Notes under the pieces: generated by a model | The model's input: the letters and a program-made list of their open reading frames with translations, nothing else | Database searches by the model: none | Told to the model about the DNA's origin: nothing | Shown: positions 8,387 through 17,630 of the stretch, one piece after another | Numbering within the stretch: the stretch's first letter is position 1 | How the letters are laid out: the number at the start of each line of letters is the position of its first letter | NCBI GenBank assembly: GCA_021650915.1 | Contig: CP091279.1 | Location: 1 to 32,000, forward strand | Length of the DNA: 32,000 nucleotides | Reading direction: 5' to 3' | Source of the DNA: Candidatus Brocadia sp. | GTDB lineage: Bacteria > Planctomycetota > Brocadiia > Brocadiales > Brocadiaceae | Made by a program: the position numbers and the translations under genes

Positions 8387-10439
8387 CTACAGACCGACCT
8401 GTCCGGATGCGTAAACCTTGGGCGGCGGTTGTGCAGGAAGCGTTAATCCCAACTGCACCAAAAGGAGTAAAGCGCCCTTCTCCGGCTGGGTATAACGGCT
8501 CATGACAATATGACGGCCATCCGTGGTCGGTAAATGAACGTCTATCATTTGAATGCCCGACAGTTTTTCCAAAATCGCTTCAGACGTCAGCCCTCCGGCC
8601 CTCCCCCGCGCAAGATTGCGCAGTGTCGTGTGGAGACAAAAAGCCAAAAAGGAAACAAAGATATGGGCTTCAATTCTCCGTTCCAATTGATGCCATAGGG
8701 GCGGACGGAAAGAGACCCCTTCAAGTCCTTAAATGCCTGTTCTATCCGTGTCAACAGCAAATAATTTTCCCAGACGGTTTCTGGCGCGGTGGCCTGCATG
8801 TTGGAACGAAGCAAATAACGCCCCTCGCGCCGATACGCCTGCCTCAGGCGTTCCCGATCCAAACTGAACCGGAACGTATTCTCATTGACCGGTTCCTGCG
8901 GTTTGGGAATGGAGATCGTGACCAGTCTGTAGTCTCGTCCGGCTTCTTTCTTTAACGCGCCAATATGCATGAGCAGGTCATCGCGCGTGAGGGCTTTTCG
9001 ATTGCGAAGTTCGCGCAGGCCCATCCACAAACGTCTGAGTCTGCGCCTACGCATGGCACGCTCCTTAGACACCCGGTCATGGCTTTCCACGTAAACGTAA
9101 AACTCCGATTCCTGCCGAAGAACTTTCACGCGGACGCTCTCCCTCGCCCGCATCCAGGTTTGTTCGAGCAGCGGTTTTTCTACTCTCGTCAAATGCCCCT
9201 TCGGAGTACCAACCAAATAATCAATCCCTCGCTCACGCATCTTTTCCAACATCTCCTCCGTTGGAATACCTCTATCCATGAGCCAGGTGCGCCGGAATTT
9301 CCCATACTGCTTTTCAATCCGATCCAGAAATTCCTCCAGCGTTGCGGTGTCTCTGGTATTGCCCGGATACACTTCGTAGGCAACGGGAAATCCTTCCGGC
9401 GTTAACACCAATGCCACTACCACCTGCACGCAATCCGAACGTTTGTCCCGACTATATCCAAACCGTTTCTTACTCCCCGATCCAGTCGGAGGTGGGTCAC
9501 TTTTCAAAATACGTACTCGTCAAATCATACAGCAGCACATCGTACTTCGCCCCAAAGAGCTTGCCCCACTTCTCCTTTAAATAGGCAAACAGCTCGTCCC
9601 GATGCTCAAGCAACAAATCCAAACAACGATACGCCTTGTCCTTCTGCGCCAGGGAATAATCCTCTCCCAGCAGATCGCCTGTTGCGCTCCGCACGTACCA
9701 CTCACGGTGAAAACGAAATTCGCTTCCCGGATCGATCAACCGGTAACAGACAAGCGCCTTCAGTATATTCAACCAGCTTGTCCCCTTCCGGCTTGACGGC
9801 AGACGCATCCTCCAGAATGTGTCCAGTTCCAGCATATTCCATAGCGCGGCACAGCCGCAACCAAATTTCCTTTATGAAAGCGGGGAGATTGCTTCGGAAA
9901 AGGCCCTCGCAATGACACCGGCCATGCACTTTGATGGTACACTGCATGTTGTCATTGCGAGTGAAGCGAAGCAATCTTTCACTCATAAAAAACGGTACCT
10001 CCTGAAAGGGGTTTGTGAAAAAACTCACAGAAAAAAGAAGTTTTTATACAGTAATACTATACATACAATCCCAACCAGCTCGCTCCCCACTCCCGCGGAT
10101 GGCGCAGCTCTATTTTGTCCAATCTCATCCGGACTGTCTCACCATCCGGTATCGGCCTGGCTTCTCGGTCGTCCGGGGAAACAACGCCAGTTGTCTTGGC
10201 CTGGGTTCTTTACCCGACACCGTCTCTATCGTCCGAACCCACCCAGCCCGTTGATTGTCATTGAGTTCTCCCAAAGAGAGAACCTGCCGCTGCACCACCC
10301 TTCTTCCGCTGACCCGGCGGTTCTCTACCATGCTCCAATAACGGTGGGTTTTTCCATCTTTCGTTCGTGTCTTTTCCCGGAGAAGCATGCGAGCATTTTC
10401 GCACTTCCCCCTGCATGCGTCAAGAGGGTAGGTCGGCAC
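8387..10439 (-). pseudogene. IS1634-type transposase, interrupted (copy 1)
   Basis: Fragments 10125..10439 (KTHRYWSMVENRRVSGRRVVQRQVLSLGELNDNQRAGW), 9497..9835 (LLYDLTSTYFEK), 8587..9507 (RFGYSRDKRSDCVQVVVALVLTPEGFPVAYEVYPGNT) and 8387..8686. Broken by a repeat insertion and by frameshifts. Confidence 0.85.
9841..10062 (+). repeat. Modular repeat copy B, inside IS1634-type copy 1
   Basis: ATAGCGCGGCACAGCCGCAACC ... GAAAAAAGAAGTTTTTATACAGTAATACTATA with a central inverted pair GAGATTGCTTCGG..CCTCGCAATGAC / GTCATTGCGAGTGAAGCGAAGCAATC. Confidence 0.8.
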
Positions 10440-10541
10440 TACAAGCCGTTTTGAAAATTCACCCCTTGAATATCACGGGTTTCCTGGCGACTCTTGCCCA
10501 AAAATAACCTTTTTTGGGCGCGAATTGCGAAAGTCGGGTTA

Positions 10542-10776
10542 GGCTGTATCGACGATACCCGAAGAAGCGGTATTATTGATTATGCCAGGATACTTGAGTC
10601 GTATGGGGGAGACAACATAGAAGGAAGGAGATTGTATTGGGAGACGGTCTGCAAGGATATATCGACAGGTATTGACATAAAAGAAGAGGTTGTCGGAGGA
10701 AGCATACTGGAAAGTGATACATTTATCACGTGGGCAAGAGACAAGTTTTTAGTAGCGTTGTCAAGTGGAGACCTGA
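10542..10776 (+). pseudogene. Fragment of a REP-associated tyrosine transposase (RAYT, Y1 transposase family)-like gene
   Basis: IIDYARILESYGGDNIEGRRLYWETVCKDISTGIDIKEEVVGGSILESDTFITWARDKFL resembles the C-terminal region of RAYT proteins. Abruptly bounded by IS ends on both sides. Confidence 0.5.
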
Positions 10777-12104
10777 GAAAAGTCCTCCAATGTATAGTTG
10801 TCACGCATCAAAGCCGTTGTAGTAATAGGCAAGCCGAATTTTGGTAACGTTCAGCGCCCCAGCAACACTCCATTTGCTCACATTCACCCGCAGGTTAACC
10901 GTACGCATGACGCGCTCTACTTTACTTGTCGTTCTGCCATTGAGCCTCTTTTCTATCGCCGTAAACATATCAGGCCTGGCATTCTCAAGATAAGACGCGG
11001 TATGAGCATATCCCTTCGACAAACAATACTGAATCACCGCACCCAATCGTTTCCTCTTGGACTCTATCATTTTCTCGATGGTCTTCTGGCAATCAACCAA
11101 TGGCCGTATCGCACAGACCTCCATAAGCTCCGACATCACCTCCAGCCATTCTTTCCCCTTGCTCTTGACCCCATCTTGCCACAATACATACTTTGCCTGA
11201 TACGGAATATGCCACAAACATCGCTGTACAAGCACCTTGATCTTACCTTTCAAACTATCCAAAATAGAGGTGTCTCCATCGGTTATCAAAAGAAACTGGG
11301 AAAACTTCCTGAACACCTTAACACTCTTACCAAACAGCGTATCCCAACTACCGTTGTAATCCCCTATGTCAAGCCCTGCCACTCTCACCCCTCCACCGCT
11401 CTTGTATTGCACAAAGACCTTGAGTTCCTTGCCTCGTTTGGCTATCCCCTTAATCCCTACCCCTGTCCCGTCTGCTTCTCCCAGGGGAAGTCCCTTCTCG
11501 TCGAGTTGAAAATCTATCTCTGCTGCCGTCTTTTGTACCGATTTCCCTATCGTCATCTTGTCTACTGTCCAGCCAAACATCGACACGATCTTCTTCGCTA
11601 CCCGGTAGGTCGTTAACGATCCTACCAGCCCAAGCTTCCGATACGTCTCCGGTGGTATTCGCTTCATCCGCTCCATCCCCAGAAGCTTTCGCGTTATATA
11701 CATCTTATGACCGCACCTCTTGCACTGCACCTGCAACTGCTCTAATCTCAACCACTGAAAGACCGTCAGTATCTTCGTCTCTTTTCCATGCCTCGTCTTC
11801 CAGATAAACTCCTTGTCATTCCCACATTCGTCGCAGCAAAATGGCTTCCGTGATTGCGCCATCGCACTCTCACCAAAACCAACCACGATCTTCTGAATAA
11901 AATCCCTTAATATCTCCGGCAGTATCTTGCAAAATGCCTTGAGAATCGACTCCAGGCTGCCGTCCTTTAATTCAACCCGAATTTGACAACCAAATTCTAT
12001 TGTGATACCATCTGTGCATGGGGTTGCTCCCATATAGCCCTCCTTTTCTTTATGGTTTAGTTTCTTGTATCAAAACTATTTTTTACCATATTTGGAGGGC
12101 TTTT
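10777..12104 (-). mobile_element. Insertion sequence of uncertain family (ISLre2/ISH6-like transposase)
   Basis: One intact transposase ORF. Imperfect ends AAAGTCCTCCAATGTAT (left) and reverse complement AAAGCCCTCCAAATATGG (right). It separates two pieces of a RAYT-like gene. Exact borders uncertain. Confidence 0.6.
10801..12033 (-). CDS. Transposase, DDE type, family uncertain (ISLre2/ISH6-like)
   Basis: 410 aa; zinc-knuckle-like CCDECG...CKRCG near the N-terminus, ADGTGVGIKG, LLITDGDTSILDSL, LVQRCLWHIPYQAKY, TTSKVERVMRTVNLRVNVSKWSVAGALNVTKIRLAYYYN. Confidence 0.75.
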   Translation of the reverse strand: MGATPCTDGITIEFGCQIRVELKDGSLESILKAFCKILPEILRDFIQKIVVGFGESAMAQSRKPFCCDECGNDKEFIWKTRHGKETKILTVFQWLRLEQLQVQCKRCGHKMYITRKLLGMERMKRIPPETYRKLGLVGSLTTYRVAKKIVSMFGWTVDKMTIGKSVQKTAAEIDFQLDEKGLPLGEADGTGVGIKGIAKRGKELKVFVQYKSGGGVRVAGLDIGDYNGSWDTLFGKSVKVFRKFSQFLLITDGDTSILDSLKGKIKVLVQRCLWHIPYQAKYVLWQDGVKSKGKEWLEVMSELMEVCAIRPLVDCQKTIEKMIESKRKRLGAVIQYCLSKGYAHTASYLENARPDMFTAIEKRLNGRTTSKVERVMRTVNLRVNVSKWSVAGALNVTKIRLAYYYNGFDA

Positions 12105-12469
12105 TCTTTAACCAAGTCTCTCTTTTTCTACTCTACCAAGTTTTTGCCAGCGAAGTCACGTGAAATACCGACGGTACAGCGGTTAAAAAAATATGTCGCA
12201 AAAGAGGCAATCATTGCCGCACTCTGCAAAGAGGCGAAGAAAAGTATTGATGAAATAAAAAAGAAACGGGGTATAGCAAGGCAAGTGGCGATGGACTTGT
12301 TCTATCGGGTTGGCGGACTCAGCGGGACTGAGATAGGGGAATGATGGGGATAGACTATAGTATCATGAGTGTGGGACGAAAACGATTACGGGAAAGACTG
12401 AAAGGCAACAAGCATCTTTCCCAAATGATCCAAAGAATTGAGATAGATTTGGCAACAATAAAGATTTGA
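12105..12469 (+). pseudogene. C-terminal fragment of RAYT-like transposase, frameshifted
   Basis: REIPTVQRLKKYVAKEAIIAALCKEAKKSIDEIKKKRGIARQVAMDLFYRVGGLSGTEIGE then, after a one-base shift at a G run, MMGIDYSIMSVGRKRLRERLKGNKHLSQMIQRI: DnaA-like HTH tail typical of this family. Confidence 0.6.
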
Positions 12470-12752
12470 CCTTTTCTGCTCCTCATGCTGGCAATTTGCG
12501 AGGATGTGGAATAGGTGGGATGGTTGTGAATGATTTTGGCATTGAACGGATTGTGGTAATGGCGGGTCGCGCTTGCCTTACCTCACATTGATAGATTCAA
12601 TCTGGCAGGCGATGCCATGCCCCACGTAAAAATTGCATGAATACACAAATTGTAGTTGGGCAGGGTGGACATATACGGCTCGTTCACTTTGCTTGTTTTT
12701 TGTGGGCGATGCCCACTGTAGTTGCACAGTCTTAAATATATTGAAAGCCTTT

Positions 12753-13682
12753 TTATTTGTGCCAAAAATCCCGTTTTACCCTTAATGAAAGGTTGATATG
12801 CGGTCGTAGGTAAACAAACCAGAAAATGATACCAATCAGAACAACTCCACCTACAATATTTCCCAAGGTAACGGGTATAAGATTATTTATTAAAAATCCT
12901 TTCCAGGTAAGATGAGAAAGGTCTAATGGTTTTCCCGTCATTTTTTCCGATGCTGCGATTATTGCTTCGTTTTTCCGCAATACGATTCCTGTTGGAATAT
13001 AATACATATTAGAAACACATTGTTCAAACCCACTGGCAACGAAACCGCCTATAGGGAATATGATAGAAATAACCTTGTCCGCCACACTCCTGCCGCTAAA
13101 ACACAGCCAGACCGCGAGACATATTAACGCATTGCAAAGAACTCCTCTGGCAAAGGCATTCATAAAAGACAGGTTGACCTTTTTGTGAGCAATAAGCAAT
13201 GCCTTTGCACCAACCATGTGGTTAAAAAATTCCCATTGCTGCGATTTGTACATCCAGCAGACCATGAGGAGGCAACCTATAAAATTACCAGTATATGAGA
13301 TGATCCAGTTGCTCAGCAATTCACGCGTTGTAATCCTTTTGCTCACATATCCCATTATTATTAAGCAGTTACCGGTAAAAACTTCCGCACCACCGATGAT
13401 AGCCAGAATAAATCCTAATGAATATACTATACCTTCAATGAGAGACGTGAGTCCTAAATGTAATGTAGAATCACTTATTACTAAGGTGGCAAATTGCGCT
13501 CCCAGAGCAAGATAGCTGCCTGCCAGAATACTGAGCATAAATGTCTGGGAAGGGCTTAATTTTGCTTTTACCAATGCGACCCTGTCAATCCGGGCGGCGA
13601 TTTGTGGCGGTGAATAGGCATCCGTAACTTCAGGCCCCGCAGGTTTTGGTATATTATTTTCAGTCATCGTTGTGATTCTCAA
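12753..13682 (-). CDS. Formate/nitrite transporter (FNT) family channel
   Basis: Multi-TM protein with AGSYLALGAQFATLV, GGAEVFTGNCLI, NWIISYTGNFIGCLLM, FARGVLCNALICLAVWL, GFEQCVSNMYYIP and NLIPVTLGNIVGGVV. Probable start is the internal ATG at 13667. Confidence 0.93.
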   Translation of the reverse strand: MRITTMTENNIPKPAGPEVTDAYSPPQIAARIDRVALVKAKLSPSQTFMLSILAGSYLALGAQFATLVISDSTLHLGLTSLIEGIVYSLGFILAIIGGAEVFTGNCLIIMGYVSKRITTRELLSNWIISYTGNFIGCLLMVCWMYKSQQWEFFNHMVGAKALLIAHKKVNLSFMNAFARGVLCNALICLAVWLCFSGRSVADKVISIIFPIGGFVASGFEQCVSNMYYIPTGIVLRKNEAIIAASEKMTGKPLDLSHLTWKGFLINNLIPVTLGNIVGGVVLIGIIFWFVYLRPHINLSLRVKRDFWHK

Positions 13683-13739
13683 AAGGTATCAATGAATTTT
13701 CCGTGCTGTCAGGAGTTTCCTCCTGACAGACTAAAGTTT

Positions 13740-14198
13740 CTATACAATTGGGATTAGATGCACAAATGCCTCATCGATCGAGAGATTGACTTGCATTCCG
13801 TGGGTAAGCCCAAGCTCCTTGGCCACGATCCGGCTTATCCGTATTTTAAGGACTTCGTGAAGGGTAACTAACACCTTGGTTTCGAGGTCCCTTCCAATAG
13901 GATGAATAGATTCTACCACCCCAGTGAAAACGTTTCTGCCCGGTTGTATACGATGGGTACTAAGATGGATGGCTCCGGGACGAATGCATACCGTTACCTG
14001 ATCTCCTTCTGATAATTTCAAGAGGGTAAATATTTTTAACATAATGTCATTTATCTGAATGGTTACCTTATTCCCAAACGTATGGATGATCTTTCCTTTT
14101 AACACATTCTCCGTGTTCAGAAAGTGTGCAACAAATAGGGTTTTAGGCTTATAGAAAACCTCATCAGGACTCCCGAATTGCTCTATTGTGCCATTGTT
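13740..14198 (-). pseudogene. modC: 3' part of molybdate/tungstate-type ABC transporter ATP-binding gene (modC-like), including TOBE-like domain
   Basis: NNGTIEQFGSPDEVFYKPKTLFVAHFLNTENVLKG...RPGAIHLS. Continues exactly the N-terminal part at 16433..17051 across the IS1634-type insertion. Confidence 0.85.
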
Positions 14199-14276
14199 TA
14201 ACCCGACTTTCGCAATTCGAGGGGTATGCAACCCTCTGAGCCAGGAAAATCAAGGGGTCATGCAAAAAGGTCGGCA

Positions 14277-16330
14277 CTACAGGCCGACCTGTCCGGATGC
14301 GTAAACCTTGGGCGGCGGTTGTTCAGGAAGCGTTAATCCCAATTGTGCCAAAAGGAGTAAAACGTCCTTCTCCGGCTGGGTATAACGACTCATGACAATA
14401 TGACGGCCATCCGTGGTCGGTAAATGAACGTCTATCATTTGAATGCCCGACAGTTTTTCCAAAATCGCTTCAGACGTCAGCCCTCCGGCCCTCCCCCGCG
14501 CAAGATTGCGCAGTGTCGTGTGGAGACAAAAAGCCAAAAAGGAAACAAAGATATGGGCTTCAATTCTCCGTTCCAATTGATGCCATAGGGGGCGGACGGA
14601 AAGAGACCCCTTCAAGTCCTTAAATGCCTGTTCTATCCGCGTCAACAGCAAATAATTTTCCCAGACGGTTTCTGGCGCGGCGGCCTGCATGTTGGAACGA
14701 AGCAAATAACGCCCCTCGCGCCGATACGCCTGCCTCAGGCGTTCCCGATCCAAACTGAACCGGAACGTATTCTCATTGACCGGTTCCTGCGGTTTGGGAA
14801 TGGAGATCGTGACCAGTCTGTAGTCTCGTCCGGCTTCTTTCTTTAACGCGCCAATATGCATGAGCAGGTCATCGCGCGTGAGGGCTTTTCGATTGCGAAG
14901 TTCGCGCAGGCCCATCCACAAACGTCTGAGTCTGCGCCTACGCATGGCACGCTCCTTAGACACCCGGTCATGGCTTTCCACGTAAACGTAAAACTCCGAT
15001 TCCTGCCGAAGAACTTTCACGCGGACGCTCTCCCTCGCCCGCATCCAGGTTTGTTCGAGCAGCGGTTTTTCTACTCTCGTCAAATGCCCCTTCGGAGTAC
15101 CAACCAAATAATCAATCCCTCGCTCACGCATCTTTTCCAACATCTCCTCCGTTGGAATACCTCTATCCATGAGCCAGGTGCGCCGGAATTTCCCATACTG
15201 CTTTTCAATCCGATCCAGAAATTCCTCCAGCGTTGCGGTGTCTCTGGTATTGCCCGGATACACTTCGTAGGCAACGGGAAATCCTTCCGGCGTTAACACC
15301 AATGCCACTACCACCTGCACGCAATCCGAACGTTTGTCCCGACTATATCCAAACCGTTTCTTACTCCCCGATCCAGTCGGAGGTGGGTCACTTTTCAAAA
15401 TACGTACTCGTCAAATCATACAGCAGCACATCGTACTTCGCCCCAAAGAGCTTGCCCCACTTCTCCTTTAAATAGGCAAACAGCTCGTCCCGATGCTCAA
15501 GCAACAAATCCAAACAACGATACGCCTTGTCCTTCTGCGCCAGGGAATAATCCTCTCCCAGCAGATCGCCTGTTGCGCTCCGCACGTACCACTCACGGTG
15601 AAAACGAAATTCGCTTCCCGGATCGATCAACCGGTAACAGACAAGCGCCTTCAGTATATTCAACCAGCTTGTCCCCTTCCGGCTTGACGGCAGACGCATC
15701 CTCCAGAATGTGTCCAGTTCCAGCATATTCCATAGCGCGGCACAGCCGCAACCAAATTTCCTTTATGAAAGCGGGGAGATTGCTTCGGAAAAGGCCCTCG
15801 CAATGACACCGGCCATGCACTTTGATGGTACACTGCATGTTGTCATTGCGAGTGAAGCGAAGCAATCTTTCACTCATAAAAAACGGTACCTCCTGAAAGG
15901 GGTTTGTGAAAAAACTCACAGAAAAAAGAAGTTTTTATACAGTAATACTATACATACAATCCCAACCAGCTCGCTCCCCACTCCCGCGGATGGCGCAGCT
16001 CTATTTTGTCCAATCTCATCCGGACTGTCTCACCATCCGGTATCGGCCTGGCTTCTCGGTCGTCCGGGGAAACAACGCCAGTTGTCTTGGCCTGGGTTCT
16101 TTACCCGACACCGTCTCTATCGTCCGAACCCACCCAGCCCGTTGATTGTCATTGAGTTCTCCCAAAGAGAGAACCTGCCGCTGCACCACCCTTCTTCCGC
16201 TGACCCGGCGGTTCTCTACCATGCTCCAATAACGGTGGGTTTTTCCATCTTTCGTTCGTGTCTTTTCCCGGAGAAGCATGCGAGCATTTTCGCACTTCCC
16301 CCTGCATGCGTCAAGAGGGTAGGTCGGCAC
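14277..16330 (-). pseudogene. IS1634-type transposase, interrupted (copy 2)
   Basis: ORFs 16016..16330, 15388..15726 and 14277..15398 are successive pieces of one transposase. C-terminal piece is intact here, unlike copy 1. Confidence 0.85.
15732..15953 (+). repeat. Modular repeat copy B', same position inside IS1634-type copy 2
   Basis: Essentially identical to 9841-10062. Confidence 0.8.
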
Positions 16331-16432
16331 TACAAGCCGTTTTGAAAATTCACCCCTTGAATATCACGGGTTTCCTGGCGACTCTTGCCCAAAAATAAAC
16401 TTTTTTTGGCGCGAATTGCGAAAGTCGGGTTA

Positions 16433-17051
16433 AAATGCCAAGCCTGTCTGCCATCTCCAGTGTTTCCTGCTGATCGTGCGTAATGTAGACCATCGTGATG
16501 TGTAACTTCTTTTGAAGTTCTTTAAGTTCTGCCTTGATCTTTTGCCGCGTTTCTATATCCAGGGCACTTACTGGTTCATCCAATAATAGGAGTGATGGTT
16601 CAATAATCAATGCCCTTGCCAATGCCACCCTTTGCATCTGCCCTCCACTCAGTTGAGATGGAAAATGATGCTCGAGTCCTTGCAGGCTAAAATCATCAAT
16701 AAATTGTCTGACCCTTGTTTGTATGATATTTTTCGGGACCTTGCGCAGTCGCAACCCAAAGGCAATATTATCAAAGACCGTGTGATTGGGGAAGAGTGCG
16801 TAATTTTGAGGCACATATCCAATATTCCGTTCCCCGGGACTGAGGTTTGTAACGTCTACTCCGTCTATGATTACCCGACCGCTGTCAAATGGCTGCAAGC
16901 CAATGATGCCAAGAAGTAAGGTTGTCTTCCCACCCCCGCTGCTACCAAGGATGATAAATAACTCATTTGAAAAAATTTCAAGTGATAAATTGTCCAAAAC
17001 AGTATGCGGACCAAAGCTTTTGGACACATTGAATAATTGCAATTTATGCAT
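16433..17051 (-). pseudogene. modC: 5' part of molybdate/tungstate-type ABC transporter ATP-binding gene (modC-like)
   Basis: Walker A GSSGGGKTT, Q-loop, signature LSGGQMQRVALARAL, Walker B LLLLDEPVSALD, H-loop VYITHDQQETLEMADRLGIL. Interrupted at 16432. Confidence 0.88.
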
Positions 17052-17626
17052 GGATTTTCCGTGTCGTTTCCTTAAAGAAGAATTTTATAATGGTCAATAA
17101 GACAAACGTCAGAAATTCAAGGATAATGGCAAGGGCGATGGCCTTATCCATTTCTCCTTTTTGCGTGGCAAAATAGATCAACACCGACATGGTCCCTGTA
17201 GAAGAGGTCATACCTCCCGCAAGGATCAGGGTTGCTCCGATCTCGCCCAAACTCTTCGAAAGGGCCATGATAAGCCCCTTCAGTACACCCCAAATGGAAA
17301 GCGGGAAAGTCAGTTTGTAAAATATCTGGAGGGGGCTTGCGCCCAAGGTATAGGCCACGTTCTCAATGTTTTTATCTACACGATCAAATGCCTCCCGAAC
17401 GAAGCTGATCATGAAGGGAATGCATACAAAGAGTTTGGCCAAGACTACGGCTGCAAAGGTATAAGGCACGTAGATATGAAAATATCCGAAAAATTTACCC
17501 AGAATGCCCGTCCTCGATAATAAGAGCAGAAGAATGAGTGCGTCTACACCAGGCGGGAAAGACAGGGGCAAATCAACCACCACCGTCTCCAGGATACGTT
17601 TTCCCCAAAAGGTCTTTCGAGATAGT
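17044..17626 (-). pseudogene. modB: 3' part of molybdate-type ABC transporter permease gene (modB-like)
   Basis: LPLSFPPGVDALILLLLLSRTG...ENVAYTLGASPLQIFYKLTFPLSIWGVLKGLIMALSKSLGEIGATLILAGG (permease EAA-like motif). Overlaps the modC-like start by 8 bp. Confidence 0.88.
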
Positions 17627-17630
17627 ATAT

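Larger units (their letters stand above)
8309..10541 (-). mobile_element. IS1634-type insertion sequence, copy 1
   Basis: Terminal inverted repeats TAACCCGACTTTCGCAATTCG / CGAATTGCG(C)...GCGAAAGTCGGGTTA; internal near-identity to 14199-16432; IS1634-like transposase segments. Confidence 0.88.
14199..16432 (-). mobile_element. IS1634-type insertion sequence, copy 2, inserted in modC-like gene
   Basis: Same terminal inverted repeats and nearly identical interior as 8309-10541 (2234 versus 2233 bp). TTAA (or TA) duplicated at the junction. Confidence 0.92.

Noticed and set aside
8623-9584. Plus-strand ORFs (110, 146 and 80 aa) over IS1634-type copy 1, repeated at 14856-15475
   Set aside because: Antisense to a recognised transposase. 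Their duplication merely follows the IS duplication.
9702-10454. ORFs 9702..10028 (-) and 9819..10454 (+), with duplicates at 15593-16345
   Set aside because: They span the inserted repeat and the IS in non-transposase frames; no domain features.
8309-16432. Composite transposon bounded by two directly oriented IS1634-type copies
   Set aside because: The 3.7-kb interior contains an IS, a broken RAYT-like gene, an intact FNT gene and the end of modC. Copy 2 is a simple insertion in modC, so the segment looks like resident chromosome rather than cargo.
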